A program made the position numbers and the translations under genes. The notes under the pieces are model-generated. The model was given only the letters and a program-made list of their open reading frames with translations, did no database searches and was not told where the DNA came from. This document shows positions 49,764-64,000 of a stretch of 64,000 bases of DNA, piece after piece (the first letter of the stretch is position 1; the number at the start of each line of letters is the position of its first letter). Where the stretch lies: assembly GCF_009914755.1 (NCBI RefSeq), contig NC_060926.1; one strand, given 5' to 3'. The stretch is from the human T2T-CHM13v2.0 reference genome, Homo sapiens.

Positions 49764-51113
49764 ACCACACTTTTTCAGTGAGTGCCAAATTGCCATATTG
49801 TGGGGAATATAACTTCCTGATTTCTCAGTGTTCCTGTAAAAAGCCCTAGTCCCGGAGACACAGAAATGTATGCAATATAAATATAGGAAATACTTGCTTT
49901 CACTTCCCCAGAAACATTTTCCTCTTCCCACACCATGAGAATTAGAGCTATAGCTATTTTTCTAGTTAATTACTCTGATCTAGAGGGAGAATAGAACCTC
50001 TCTTATCTCCTGAGATGGCCAAATGGGTTCACCCAGGACTAGCTTCCTAGGTTAAATCCTAAAGTACCAGGAAAACTGGAGTGGTCTTTCCCTAGGTATT
50101 TATATATCACAAGGGGTAAAGCCCAGAACTTGGAGACATCTTTAGGTTGTAAAAGCCAGCAACACCTAGAGTTTCTCTGGCCTTTGGAAAGATGCATTTA
50201 AATTCCAAAGGTTAGGATGGAGAGCTTTGGAACGAGGATCTTTTCCATTTTATCTCAAAGCAGCAAAGTTTTTTCTTTTCCTTTCAGGAGGAAAGGATGA
50301 TGGCTATCCCTCTCATGTATCTAAACAGAAAAATCCATCATTCTACATCCCTTATACATGAGTTGTAGTCTATTTTGAATAGAAAGATTCCATTAGCTCT
50401 CTTAGCATTGCCTTTGGGTTTGTGTATGGGAGACAGACGCTGCAATATTGCTCTGGCTGATAAGCTGGTTGTGAATATCAGTAAAGAATTATTTTCCCTG
50501 ACCAGATACCTTGTGTTCCTGCAGCACTCATATATATAAGGAGATACCAATGCAAGTGGAGTAACATCTTAGACCCTTTACAGTTCTTGACAAAACACAC
50601 ATCTATACACAGCTGCATAGATGGCTAGCAGAAACCTCTAAAGGAACAGGTCAATAATTGAACTCTAAGAGTTATCCCCCAATATATTTGCATCTTCCCT
50701 CAGCAATGGGCATTACCACTTACTTGTTCAAGCCAGAAATTGAAGAGTGGGCCTTGATTTTTCTCTTTCTCATCTGTAGCTAATAATATGTCAAATCCTG
50801 TCAACAATACCTGCAAAACTGATCTTGAATTGGCACTCTTCTCTGCATCTCCACTGTCAGATCTGAATCCAAGCCACCAAGAACTCTCATGGCATCTGCC
50901 CCAAAATGGCTGCCCTGCCTCCATTCTTTCCCAGCTCCAACTCATTCTTTACACCGTAGCAAAATTGAGCTTACATTGTGTCACTTCACTGACTAAATCT
51001 CTTCAATGGCTTCCCATTGCATTTAGAATAAAATTCAACCCTCCACAGCTTGACCTACAAGCCCTGCATGAGCTGTTTCCAGCCTCCAGCTTCCTCTTGT
51101 ACTCTCATCTTAC

Positions 51114-51182
51114 CTCTTGGGAGGCTTTTTTTCTTATGTCTCCTTTTTGGAGTTGACCAGATACATCTTTTTCTTTTCTTTC
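51114..51182 (-). CDS. SP110: SP110 exon 8 (basic, bipartite NLS)
   Basis: (G)KKRKRCIWSTPKRRHKKKSLPR; 69 nt; tag|GA and G|gtaag. Confidence 0.96.
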
Positions 51183-53053
51183 CTAAAAAGAAAGGATAAT
51201 GTTTTATAGTTACAAACATTGATCTCCCAATCTTGTATGTCAATGATATTCAGCTTTTACTTTTGGTCTTCAAACCACATTGCTAGAAGTTCATTGGTGA
51301 CCTTAGGTGATGGTACTTCAGGGAGTAATAGGGGAAGAAGGACTCTAAAATGACAGAGGAAAAGGAGAAACGAAGAAATAGAGACAGGGAGTTTAGGTAG
51401 CTCATTTCTAGAAGTTTGGTTGTGAAATGAAGGAGAGAGATATGGAAGTAGTTGAAGTGAGATGAGAATCAAGAAAAAGCATTTTTTAATGAGCTGTGAT
51501 ACATGTAATGCAGATTCTTGTGTGAGACATACTGCTTTAATGAATACTTGAGAGAGAAGGGATCATGGATACTATAAGATGAGGCAGAAGGATTGTCTTA
51601 GAAGAGAAGGAGGGAACTCGGAGAGGAGGGAGACAGATGTAGTTAGGGTTTGTAGGACTAGCAGCACAAATAAGGGGATTCTCATCTGATATCTCCTTAT
51701 GGTGCAGGAGGGAAAGTCACTGATTGAGCAAAAAGCAGGAGGTGAGGGGGTCAGAGGTTTGAAAAATAGGGCTTGAGGTTTGAAAGGATTATTGCAGGAA
51801 GTAGCATTGTCACACAGTAAGGAGAGATGATTTGTGCTGGAACCATGAAGACCAGTGAGTGCACTCTGCCCTGCTGTGGAACTCTCTCCAGCACTGCTGG
51901 CTTTCAGATGCAGTGTACAGGAAGTAGGTAAGTAGGGTCTTCCAAGACTTGCCAGAGAGTTCTAGGAAAAGGCAGAGAGGAAAGGCAGGTTTAAGATAAT
52001 GGCAATAGATTACTGAAATGATGAATCTTGGACTGTGAGTTAGTGTCAATGTTAAAAAGCTGGGAAGCAAAGAAAAGCAGATGATGGCTTGGAAGGAGGA
52101 AAGGCCAGTGGACTGGTGATCCAAATGAGGTTGAAGGACAACTTCAGAGGAAACAACAAATAAATAAGCACAGAAAAATATATTTTTGATTCTTTTTCTT
52201 TTGTTAGGATTGGGCTGGGAAAGAGTGATCAGAGGTTGAATGATAGCTATAAAAGGAGAAAAGCTCAAGGACAGGTATCAAAAAAGGAATTCTGAAATTA
52301 ACTGTTGGGAAATCGAGCCAGGTTTGAATGACGATAGGGTCTATAGCTTGCCTTTGGGTATGGGAGGCCAAGAATTGGTGGAGGAAAAAGTCATGGAAAA
52401 TGAGAAGATGAAGGATTTGAGGGGCCAGAGTATTGGATAACAGAGTTGTCTGTTATCCGTGTGTACCCTGAAGGCATCTAGGATGATGCTGGGACTTGAA
52501 ATGACAGAAAAGCAGCTTTTGAAAGGATTATTGGGGAAATTATTGGATGATATTGATGATGAGTGAGTGAACATTTTAATTGAATGGTTAAGACTCAAAG
52601 GAGAGGATCAGGGAGGAAGGGGCTGGATGGGGCCAGTAGGCAGCAAAGGACAGACATCTAACCTGTCTCTCACCATGAGGTGTGAGTGATGGATGGCAGA
52701 GAATGCCTAGCCATGTCTTAAGAGGAAGTGGGTTCCTCTCTGGGGAACCAACTTTCAGTTAAAGAGGGAAGTGCAATTAACACTCTAAGAAGTTGTGAAT
52801 ATAGGAGATTGATTTTTTCAGAACAGGCAATTCCAATGGCATATTTCAATACCCCCAAATGCCTTCTGGTTTCCTGATAATTTTCATAAAGGCCTTTTTG
52901 GAAGATGCAGCAAATGGAAACTGCAGAAACGAACTGTGTGTGGCATCAGGACTGTGGTCACATAGTGGTGCTCTTGACAAGATACAGTCAGAAAAACAGA
53001 AAGCAACTCTGAATTCACCCTTCTGACCTCTACAGAAGAAAGGCTTTTCTTAC

Positions 53054-53131
53054 CTTTCTTGTCTGAAGGTGTGCTGGACACCTCCTGGGGCTCTTCTGGG
53101 TCATTTGGTTCTGGAGAATTATCTCTTATCT
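53054..53131 (-). CDS. SP110: SP110 exon 7
   Basis: (E)IRDNSPEPNDPEEPQEVSSTPSDKK; 78 nt; G|gtaag. Confidence 0.96.
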
Positions 53132-54592
53132 CTGACAAAAGAAATATAAGTCATTTCAGAGCTCAGATCCAGTGAAGAGAAAGTGCTGAGGGAAGTCAAT
53201 GCAAGAACTAGAAAAGTAGAAAGTACATGCAGCCCAGGGCCGGGAATCTGCTTGCCCTAAGAATTCCCTGGCTCTGTCTTGATTTTTGCCAACTTGTGGT
53301 TATTGTTACCTGTGCGACCATCACAGGGAACTAGGGCACAACTGCCCCACAGCAGAGGCTCAGTCTGATCCTTTTAGAGAGATTATCTTATGGATGGAAG
53401 AGAAGTGAGTGAAGAAGGTGCAATGAATGGAAATTGCAGGAATAAACTGTGCTGGGTATCATGACTATAGTCACATGGTTTCTGCTCCCAGCAGCCCCTG
53501 CTCAAGGAATGAAGCTGAGAGCGGAAAGTGGTGATATTGAAATCTGATGTCCATGATGAAGGGGAATGTCTTTGCTGTATGAAAAATACATCTTATTGCT
53601 TTGACGTCTATGTGTGGATATTCTTTAACTGCTCTATCTGTGGTTATTTTACTTGGAGAAATAGTGGAGAAGGCTAAATGCCTTATATATTTCTGTATAT
53701 AAGGATTGTTTGAAGAAAGCAGGAGCTAGCCTGTGCTTGCTAGCACCTGTTAACAGCAAAGACATATAAAGCTCTGCTAGTTTTTGCTGCACAAAGAAAG
53801 ACAGAGAACTTGAAGCCATAACAAATAAAGGCTCATCTCACATGAAGCTGTCACCTTTTTCTTTACACACTGCATTGAGATTGGTCTCAAATGCTGGCCT
53901 GCTTAGGAATAGGTGACTGAGGCAGGTGGCAAGCAGTCATTAGATCTTTGGAATAATTTATTACCTTTCAAGTTATATTCATAATATCAACTCTTAAACT
54001 CCAAGTGATATAGAAATGACCAGGGTTGAAAGTGAAAATTCCCCACAGTCAGGTGGGGGCTTGGAAGGAGGACCATCCATGTCTGCTGCAGCAATTCACT
54101 ATTAGGGCCACACAGTGTTTTTGTTCATTTGCTTTGCATTTTGACAGAGCCGTTTTGAGCACTACTTTATTGAAGTGGCCTCAGAAGAGTGGCTCTGTCA
54201 AACAGTCCAGCCTGACTCAGTTCCCTTGCTTTCCCCTGGGGTTCCTGCCACAACCCTTTGTGGCAGGTGAATGTTTCCCTTTCAGGCGCTTTGTGGCATT
54301 TGGAGTCCAAACCTACAGGCACTGGTGGGGCTCTGTCCATCATCATCCGTGGCCCTATCCAAGTCTACCTTTTCCAGACTTGCCTCCTTTGCCCTCCCCC
54401 AGGGACTCTGTATCCATTCAGAGGTCGGGTCTCCTGCCTTTTCAAGCTCCCAAGTGCTGGGTGAACTGGAAGCTGGGCCAAGATTGCTGAGAGGCAGGAG
54501 GAGAGCCCCCTCTCTAGAAGATCCGAATGGCTTTTCCTCTTAGTAAACACAGAAACAAAGGCAAGCTTTTAGGTTGACCAAACCAAGATTAC

Positions 54593-54676
54593 CTGGCATA
54601 GAGCCCAAGGGAGAGTGGGGCATCTCTTGAGGGTCTTCTTTATCTCTTATTTGGGGGATCAGGTTGTCACTGGCCA
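54593..54676 (-). CDS. SP110: SP110 exon 6
   Basis: (V)ASDNLIPQIRDKEDPQEMPHSPLGSMP; cag|TG and G|gtaatc; 84 nt. Confidence 0.95.
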
Positions 54677-55469
54677 CTGAATGGAGGAAGAAAAAGGTTT
54701 AGATCTCAGGAACAGCAAGCAGGGACCAGAATGAGGAGAAAAGAGAATGCTCTATTCCAACAAGTAAAAATGACGGGGTAACAGCAACCAAGGCCTGGGA
54801 AAGGATGGCATAGAGTGGGAAAGTAAGCAACCATTCACTCTCAATTAGCCACTTGTTCTTCCATTGCTGTTAGCTTCCTGATTATGTTAACCTTTTTGGA
54901 TGGTAGGTATTAGAGGAGTGGATGCAATATTATTTGGATCGAAGAGGACCCCTCTTCTCAGTACTGGAGAGCTCAGAATCCATGGTATCATTTTTGACAA
55001 TGCCCAATATCATACCATTCTTACATTTAATGTAATCAAACTCCATTATGATGATGGTTTGGGGAGGACAAGTGATACAATTTGAGAAGCTAAATATTAG
55101 GTCTAGCAGACCTTTAAACATTTTATCATCTTTTCTAGTAATTTTGATAACATTGTTCTTAGAATCCAAACCATATAAAAATGAAGAATGTTGAAACTCT
55201 AAGGCCCCCATAATCAGGTGGGGGTGAGGAATCAGCTAAGGGTCACTAGTGTGAGTGTTACGCAGGTTACTTGTCAATTCAGAATGGTGTTTTGATTGTT
55301 GGTTTGTTTTGCATTGCTGCGTTGGTGAATTGGCCCCTTCTGTTTCTTTTCCTTTGTATTGCTCAGTTCTTTTTCCCAGGGTTCCCACCATAGCCTCTTG
55401 GTTGGCAGACGCATGTTCTCCCTTCACAGTCACCTTGAGCTAAGCGGTATCAGCCCCAGTCAGTGTTAC

Positions 55470-55553
55470 CTTGCACAGTGCTAGTGAGGAGGCTGGGCAT
55501 CTCTTCTGAGTCTTCTTCCGCATTCATTTTGGATGTTAACTTGTCATTGGTCA
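55470..55553 (-). CDS. SP110: SP110 exon 5
   Basis: (V)TNDKLTSKMNAEEDSEEMPSLLTSTVQ; 84 nt, phase 1-1. Confidence 0.96.
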
Positions 55554-55883
55554 CTGAAGGAGGAAAGGAAATTATTACAGATTGCAGGGACTGGATGTCA
55601 GGGAGAAGAGTGAATGTTAAAAGTGCCTGGGGCAGATAGAGCATCAAGGCACAAGGGCAGAGGGTTGGAATGTCCCGGGAGTGGGAAGCAGGTGTTCTGG
55701 ACTCTAGGTCTTACCCACCCCCCGGCAGTGCTCATAATCCCTCTTGAAAAGGGTTGTGTTTGGGTAGGTGGGTGCAAGAGAAGAACTAGGACAATAAAAG
55801 TCAAGATGCTGGGATTGGCGGCAACATGGCACAGGCACCTTAGGCTGAGGATATACAGGTGTTGGATGGGATCTGTTTCTCAC

Positions 55884-56150
55884 CTGAAGTGCTTCTTCCT
55901 TCCTGGATGAGTGCAGGGAGAGGCAGGACAGGGTCAGATGGGCTGGGCGACTCACTCAGGATCTCATCGCTTTGCTGGGAGGATGTTCCAGGCTCACTGA
56001 CTCTTGGCGCACAGGGTGAACAGCTTGGTTGAGGGGGTTGTGGTGGGGGCAGCGCCAGTGGGGTATGGAGGGAGCTTCCTTCTGCTAGGCCAGTTGGGGC
56101 TTCAAGTAGGATTGGTGTGTCTCTGCTCTGCCGTTCATAGGAAGCACCAA
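55884..56150 (-). CDS. SP110: SP110 exon 4 (Pro/Ser-rich region)
   Basis: (V)GASYERQSRDTPILL...QEGRSTS; cag|TT and G|gtgaga; 267 nt, phase 1-1. Confidence 0.97.
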
Positions 56151-58072
56151 CTGGGATTGGTGAAGGGACACACATCAGTACCCTGGAGACTCAGAATTAC
56201 TTGGGGAAGGGGATTTCTTAATACATGCCTTCCAATAGGATGGGGGCATGGAGCTATTCATTGTCCCCCAGGTGCGGAGAACTGATTCATTGTCATCATT
56301 ATCCATTTGTGGCCCCTTCATATTTTATTTATCTGGTTTGGGCATTGAGTGCTACAATAAGTGCATCTAAGCCCTGATCTAATACCAAAATGGTTTCACA
56401 CGTAAAAGTTGAGTTTGGGTTTGTACCCAGGGGTTTAACTTTTCTTTAATCTTGGTGTCATATAATTTAGTCAATAATGAACATGCTATAGTTTTAAAAG
56501 AGGTCTCTGTTTTAATAAATAAACAGATCATACTTCCCCGAAGCAAATAAGAGAAAATAAAAATTCCTTAGCAGGGTGTATTAGGACATTTATATTCTGG
56601 TTTCTGCTCATTTCTGCAGAGTCAGCTTCTGTGCCTTCTATTGTACCCTGTGATCTGGTCACACCCAGCTTTCTCTCCCATCCACAATACCCCAGACCCT
56701 TGGCTTTCTGCATGCTATTCCCTTGCATGGCTAGTGCTGGGTTTCTCTTAAGATTCTTCTCCATCATTTATTTCAGAAGTAAATGGTCTCAACCAGTGAA
56801 TGGAAAAAGGAAAGTAACTTCAAATTTTGGAAAGGGATTCAGAACAAAATCATCAAGTTGAAGATCCCGGAAGATGACTGAAGCTCAGCCAGGTCAGGGG
56901 CACATCAGTGTGTGGGTCCCCATGGTTCTCAGATGTTCTTACCATAGCCTTTAAGGCCATGCCTCTCCTAGTATTGCCCAGATGCTGCCAGGACAGTGGG
57001 CCCTCTGTAGCTGCCCCTACCTGGAGGTGGACTTGCCCCTTTCACTGTCCATTTAGCTCAAGAAATCATCTCTCCCTTCAGGGGGAAGCCTTTTGATGGT
57101 GAAGTGTCAGAGAGCAAAGGAGGAACTGTCAACAATGGTGATTCCACTAATGAAAATATCCAATGTGAGCTGGTGGTCCTTTGCTTGTTGTTCTGAGGTA
57201 AGTGAACATGTGATTTGGCCACAGTGTTTTACTTCCAACCTAAAATGACTTTACTGCCTCTCTCTTTCCCTGGCTGATTTCTTCCCAACTCTGCCACTGT
57301 TCTTTTTCCTACTCCTTTATTTATCCAGTCTCTTTTCTTTCTCTACGTACTTCATGATCCATTCTTTCTCAGACCCTCTCTTTCTGTGGCTATGTTTGCG
57401 ATTCACTCCCTTTCTCTGTAGCTACCTTTTTTCCCTTCTCTGGCTTTACAATCTGCCTTCCAGCTGTCCTTGTCCGGACTAGTGGTTAAAATCTTGGGCC
57501 CTGGTATTGGGAGACCCAAGTAGGACTCTTGCTCTGCTTCTTAACCAACAAGTAATTTTGGGAAGATTACCTCTGGGCTTTAATTTCTCTGTCAGTCAAA
57601 TGGGGTTAAAAATGACTTCAAAGGGTTGTTTTAAAGATGATGTGAGATAATCAAATAAAGTGTTTGCGATAAGGCACCAAAAAAAGATACTTATTATTAT
57701 CCGTCCACATTCATTTTTTCTTCCTCCCTGGCTCTCCTTGTCCTTCCACCAGACCTGATCTTTGTAACTTTGCATTTCTGTCACCTTATGCATTCCCTAT
57801 AGATTTTCCAGTATGCCAAATTGTATGATTTTTTTCCAAATTCATAGAACACATAAGAAATGTTTATGTCCTCTAGAAGTTCATCTTAGAGAGTTGGGAT
57901 CAGCTTTAGCAAGGGGCTGCTCCTGCAGCTGTACCAATGAGAGAATATGGTCCATTCCACCCCAGAGAGAAGGCGGGGGATTAACGTGCATATTCCACAG
58001 GGCTAGAAGTAAACCCAGACTTTTACCATAGCAACTTTTTAAATGCAAAAAGCACTTGAGAAATCTCATTAC

Positions 58073-58241
58073 CACGTTTGAAGCTTCTGTAAATCGTCAC
58101 CAGATTGGGATATTCACGCAGGTTAATTTGACTGAACAATGTCACCAGAAGAGACAGGTTAAAAGTCCTCTCCAGTTGGGTGAGAATGTTGTGCACCACT
58201 CTGGATACAGGGATCAAATTTCTACAGGCTTCCAGAGATTC
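58073..58241 (-). CDS. SP110: SP110 exon 3 (CARD/HSR domain)
   Basis: ESLEACRNLIPVSRVVHNIL...YRSFKR; tag|GAA and G|gtaatg; 169 nt. Confidence 0.97.
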
Positions 58242-59279
58242 CTATAAAAATGGAGTGAAGGTTTTTATAAATGACTATAAAATTGAATGGGAAGTTATAC
58301 ATTTATGGTTTTCTAAGTTTTAAGAAAGCTACCTTACTCTTTTAAGAAGAAATTCAACATAAAATATATAGTCACATTCTCTAAGGTAGAGCGGTCACAG
58401 TTTTACATGCTTATTTTTGAAACTTTACACATATTTGGATGACTAGCAACAAAAATAAATAATTTAGCTTTCTTAAAGTAAGTCTATATTCTGAATCCAA
58501 CTTTCAGGCACATTTGAGACGAGAGAAATTTGAAGGAAGGAAAGTGGGGTTAAAGGATGCTACTATGTAATTGATTCTTTAAAGCTGTGGGCAGGATACT
58601 TCAGCAATGGTTCTAGTGATGGTCACAGAGGCAATTCTGCTGGTTGCTTGTGAGCCTCTGCTCAGTCTCTCTCTGTGTCTCTCAAACTTGAGATAAGCCT
58701 GAATGGATTCCAGCCACAGAGAAGTCACCCTGAGAATTTTCCTTGCCTAGAGGATGGACAAAAGGAGAAATACGGCAAGAGAGAACTGATTGCAAATAAT
58801 TATTGAACATCTACTAGGCTCGGTCAGCGAGTCTTTGGGTACACAGCACTGAATAAGACCAACATGGAGTTGCCTATATTTGGGGGTCAGGGTAGGCACT
58901 GTCAAGTGGAGAAGATGAGCATTAATAAACACAAATAAATACCCATTTACAATTGAGAGTAGTGTTACGGAGGGAAAGCATAGATTGCTATGGAACTGAA
59001 TAACTAAGGGGTCTTCATGAGATGAGTTGGCCAAGGAGATGTCTCTGAGGAGTGCTCTCTGGGCTGTGATCTGAAGAGGGAGTTGGGGCCAACCAGACTA
59101 AGACTAAGGGAAGATTATTGGCACTTCCTTGAGTCTAGGGCTCAATTAATGCTTTTAAAAACCAAAATTATATAAAAATAGGTCCACTTTTGTCCACATA
59201 GCATATCTCCCAGTGCCTGCCTGTCTCACATCAGAATGCACTGTGAGCAATATTAGCTGTTATAAATTGGGATGATGCC

Positions 59280-59730
59280 TGTAGTGAGTTGAATGTTGGA
59301 TGGATATATCTCAGCCAAGATATATCCATCTAGAATCTGTGAATGTGAACTTATTTGGAAAAAGTGTCTTTGCAGTTGTAATTAAGTTAAGGATCTTGAG
59401 ATAAAATCATCTTTGATTAGGGTGACCCTAAATCCAAGTGTCCTCAGAAGATTAGGTAGAAGACTCAAAAGAGAGGTGATGTAGAGATGAAAACATATCA
59501 GAGTGATGCATCTACAAGGCAAGGAACACTAAGGATTTCCAACAGCTACCAGAAGCTAGGAGATAGGCAGCTATCGGATTCTCCTCAGGGCCTCTAGAAG
59601 GAACCAACCCTGTCAACACCTTGATTTTGGACTTCTGGCCTCCACACCTGAGAGAATATATTTCTGTTGTTTTAAGCTACCTGGTTTGTAGTCATTGTTA
59701 CAGCAGTCCTTATGACACCCTAGAAACCAA
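59280..59730 (+). mobile_element. MLT1 (B/C-like) MaLR solo LTR
   Basis: tgtagtgagttgaatg...ttatttggaaaaagtgtctttgcag...gaaggaaccaaccctgtcaacaccttgattttggacttctggcctcca. Confidence 0.8.
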
Positions 59731-59903
59731 CATAGCCCCTATGACACCCTCTCTCCTAACTACCCCCACCTTCTGTGATAATGAACATGCCCGGGCTGGG
59801 CCTTCCAAACTCCGGAAGCCCTGGTGGTTTGTGGTTTGAGACTTTAATAATCAGGCATATTGGTGGGGGCTGGGCTGCCATGGAAGGGTTCAACATGACT
59901 CAC

Positions 59904-60448
<545 letters not shown>

Positions 60449-62043
60449 CTAAAGGTAAGCATTCTGGTCCCAAAGGCATCCTTAGTAGCCTGCAAAGCAA
60501 TGTCTGCCTAAAAGGCTCATGGGTATAGGAAACAAGGACAATTCCCAGCAACAATGGAGGCTGAGAGTGACTGAAAATATAATGACAGAATCCCAAGGCG
60601 CTGCAGGTAAACATAAGGAAGGTATTAAAAGTAGCTAATATTTATGGAGTGTTTCCTGTGTGCCAGACTTTGTTCTAAGGGTTTCATATGCAGTAACTTA
60701 TCTGATTTTCATAAAACCCTTGCGAGGTGGTTCCTATGACTGCACCTGTTTATACTGTTGAGGAACTGAGACACAGAAATGTTTAATAACTTGCCCCAGG
60801 GTTGCACAACTAGAGAGTGGAAGAGCTGGGAGCAAATCCTGATTCCAGGCTTACAGTGCTAACTATGTGTTCTATGGCCACACTGATCTGGGTTAAACAA
60901 GATGACCTGGGCTACGGCTGAAGCCATTAACTAGCAATGCTCATGCAACAGGGACCACCCTAAAATGGGTAGAGTTCAGCTGGAAACCTGGTAATATTTG
61001 GAAACTTTAACGAACCACTCCCAATCTTCAACACAAATGGGCCAAGCATAAATAAAAGCATGAGGGCTGAGAAAGGCATACTTAGTAAAAGTGACTTAAC
61101 TGACTTGTTCACTGCAACCATTTCATGTCTCAGACATGCGCCTTTTCCCATGCCCATGCAGCATGTATTAAAGATTGGCCATTTATGGACTGTGAGGAGA
61201 TATCAATAGGTTATAATGGGAAGAAAGTTTACAAATGACATTCTTGACAAATTGTCAAGAAAAGGAAAAGCACTAACAAAACATTCAATCAACTTGACAG
61301 TTTTTAACAAACAGAACAAACATGGATTCCACTTTTCCAACTTCATTTTGTGTTGAACAGAAAAGTAAATCGTAATTAACAACTGTTTACAGGGATTTAA
61401 TCCCAGTGGCAGATTAAGCACCCTAGTCTCTTTCTCCTCATTCCCCAATTTTTTTAACTTGGCAGAAAAAAATACTCATGAAAAGAATAATCCGCAATCG
61501 CATAGGAAAACAAGAAAAGATGTCATTGAGAGTCTGTGGTGGTGAAGAAGTCTTGGAAGATAGAGAACAGATAGGAGAGAAATCTACTATCCACAATATG
61601 CACAGGGGAAGGAGATAGTGCAAAGATCAGTGCAAAGTCAGAGAAAGGCAGAGTAAACATATACTAAGAAGAGGAAGGGGTCTTGGAGGCTCCTTTTAGA
61701 ACAATTCATTATACAGCAGCGCTCAGAACAGGAAGTCTAGAGCTTCCTCATTCTTCATCTGTCATGAGTCCCAAAGATGAAAGGGAGGCACAGAGAGGTT
61801 TAGTAACTCACCCAAGGTATTCAGTGGCAAAGCAGAGCTTGTCTGACTCTAAAGCCCTGTTTCTTTCTATGCAAGATACTACATCTCATATATGACTGTT
61901 CAGATTTTTATTATGTAAAGAGATTTTGCAAACGAATAAGCAAAAGACAAACATCCAACTAGAAAATAAAAAAGCAAAATACATGAACAGAGAGTGATAA
62001 AAGAATAAGCCAAATGTGCAATGAATATACGATAAGCATGTTA

Positions 62044-62512
<469 letters not shown>

Positions 62513-62999
62513 TCAGTGTCAAATGTCCTAAAACATGTGCTCCTTTGAATTTCCACTTCTAATAATTTATTTCAAGGAAATAATCATGTATTTAGAGAAA
62601 ATATATAAAAAGTTCATGATACACTAGAGACGAAATTAAATGTACTCTCATTTTTTTCTTTTCCACCAGCTTCCCAAGTACCTCTAGTCATTTACACAAT
62701 GGATAACAGATGAGCCGCCTATTGCGGGCACTGAAGGATCAGAGCTTAGGTGAGGGTAGAGGGCAAATCTCGGCTCCATTCACAATAACAGGCTGGACTC
62801 TGGCGAAAAAAAGAGGTGTCAGTGTTCCCTCCATGTGCCCCCTTTTAACAGTCTCCTAATAAGTACCACATGTCTGAGCTCTGAGAGAGCCTCAGAGTTT
62901 AAATAGTTGAACTCCACCCTGCAGCTGCTGCCGCGAAGTTAACTCTAAGAGCTGCAGTCACCAAGAGCGAAGAATAAAGCAGCAAAGACAGAAACTCAC

Positions 63000-63150
63000 C
63001 TGGACTTTGAGTTTGTCGTTCCTGCCCCTTTCCAGGGGCTGGGACAGGGATCACTCCTCAAGATTGGGAGAGTTACAGGGAGATGCTAGCAGGCAAAACA
63101 GGAAGTCTGTGCTTTGACAAACGCAGTAAGGGGCCGGGCTTCCGAGAAAA
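63000..63150 (-). other. SP110: SP110 non-coding exon 1 (5' UTR); TSS position approximate
   Basis: Strong donor CCAG|GTGAGT at 63000/62999; no ATG in the exon; lies directly under a GAS/ISRE/ETS cluster. Confidence 0.8.
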
Positions 63151-63190
63151 GAAAAGTGAAAGTTTTCGGAGTTTGCCAAGCCGGAAGCTG
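63098..63190. promoter_or_regulatory. Interferon-responsive promoter: GAS TTCCGAGAA (63140-63148), ISRE/IRF-E GAAAAGTGAAAGT (63151-63163), ETS sites ACAGGAAGT (63098-63106) and CCGGAAG (63181-63187)
   Basis: Motifs read directly from the sequence; SP110 is an established interferon-stimulated gene. Confidence 0.85.
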
Positions 63191-63847
63191 AAGGCAGGTC
63201 GGTGCCTGCAGCCTCTCTCCACCTCCTCATGGGCACTTGTGAGGCTCCCAGGACGTCTTGGCAGTTGGGGTTTGGGGGAGGGCGTGTTGCCAGTTGGGAT
63301 CAGCCCAGAGAGAGAGGTATGGGAGGAGGAGGCATAAGGGTACAGCCCCAGCGGCAATAGGAACTGGGAACTCAGCGTCCAAATGCTTCCCTAACCACAT
63401 CTATTTTCCCATGACTTGTCCTCATTCTGTACATTTTAGGTTGATGAAAATGTTCTCAAACTGGATTGTGGTGATGTTTACATAACTGAATGAATTCACT
63501 GGAATTTATCCAGTGTGTTATCAAACTCTAACAACACACAAAAAAACAAAGAGAATGTGCCAGAAATGCCTAGAACTTGTCAGGATAAGATTATTACAGG
63601 AAGAAATTGAAATGAAAGGGAACCTGCACATGAACTGGAATTGTGCAGAGGCAGGCAGACCTCCAGGCAGAAAAATGGCTGAGAGCTGGGCAGGTAGTTG
63701 GGAGCCAGGAGTCTGAGGCAGAACTGGGACCTGCTGATTCCAGAGAGCAGTAACTCAAGGGCTGGCAGGGACACCCCTTCTCATGCCCCTTTTAAAGATC
63801 CCTAATGTACATTGACATGTGGGGCCTATGAAAAATCCTAAACTATT

Positions 63848-64000
63848 GGCCAGGCACAGTGGCTCATGCCTATAATCCCAGGACTTTAGGAGGCCAAGAT
63901 GGGAGGATTGCTTGAGCCTAGGAGTTTGAGACCAGTCTGGGCAACATAGTGAGACCCCATCTCTACAAAAAATAAAAAAATAAAAAATTAACTGAGTGTG
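63848..64000 (+). mobile_element. AluJ (truncated by window end)
   Basis: ggccaggcacagtggctcatgcctataatccca... Confidence 0.88.

Noticed and set aside
54365-54539. Exon-like purine-rich segment with AG acceptor and AAG|gtagac donor just downstream of exon 6
   Set aside because: The intron from the exon 6 donor would be only about 54 nt, the acceptor is weak (taag), and it is not needed for the 713-aa frame

Overview
Primate (human-like) genomic DNA, rich in Alu, L1, LTR and MER repeats. It contains the SP110 gene (nuclear body/speckled protein 110; human chr2q37.1) on the minus strand. I traced a non-coding exon 1 (donor at 63000) under an adjacent GAS+ISRE promoter and 18 coding exons from the ATG at 60050 to the TGA at 12237. 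All have GT-AG boundaries and join into a 713-aa ORF (CARD/HSR - disordered repeat region with NLS - SAND - PHD - atypical bromodomain). An alternative terminal exon at 19837-19778 gives a 549-aa form, and skipping the 72-nt exon 14880-14809 gives a 689-aa form. The most interesting unexplained structure is the middle of the gene, which is built from duplicated phase-1 exon modules. It includes an apparently dead third copy of the basic/NLS exon in intron 10 (38154-38216, donor GT>AT) and a Charlie1 transposon present in only one duplicate, which helps date the duplication. Other observations are a dense ETS/EICE/E2F promoter-like cluster in intron 8, an ERVL-class pol relic in intron 14, a twin-primed nested L1, and inverted Alus in a possible long 3' UTR. 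I found no convincing new biological system. Repeat subfamily names come from recall of consensus sequences, not from a search.
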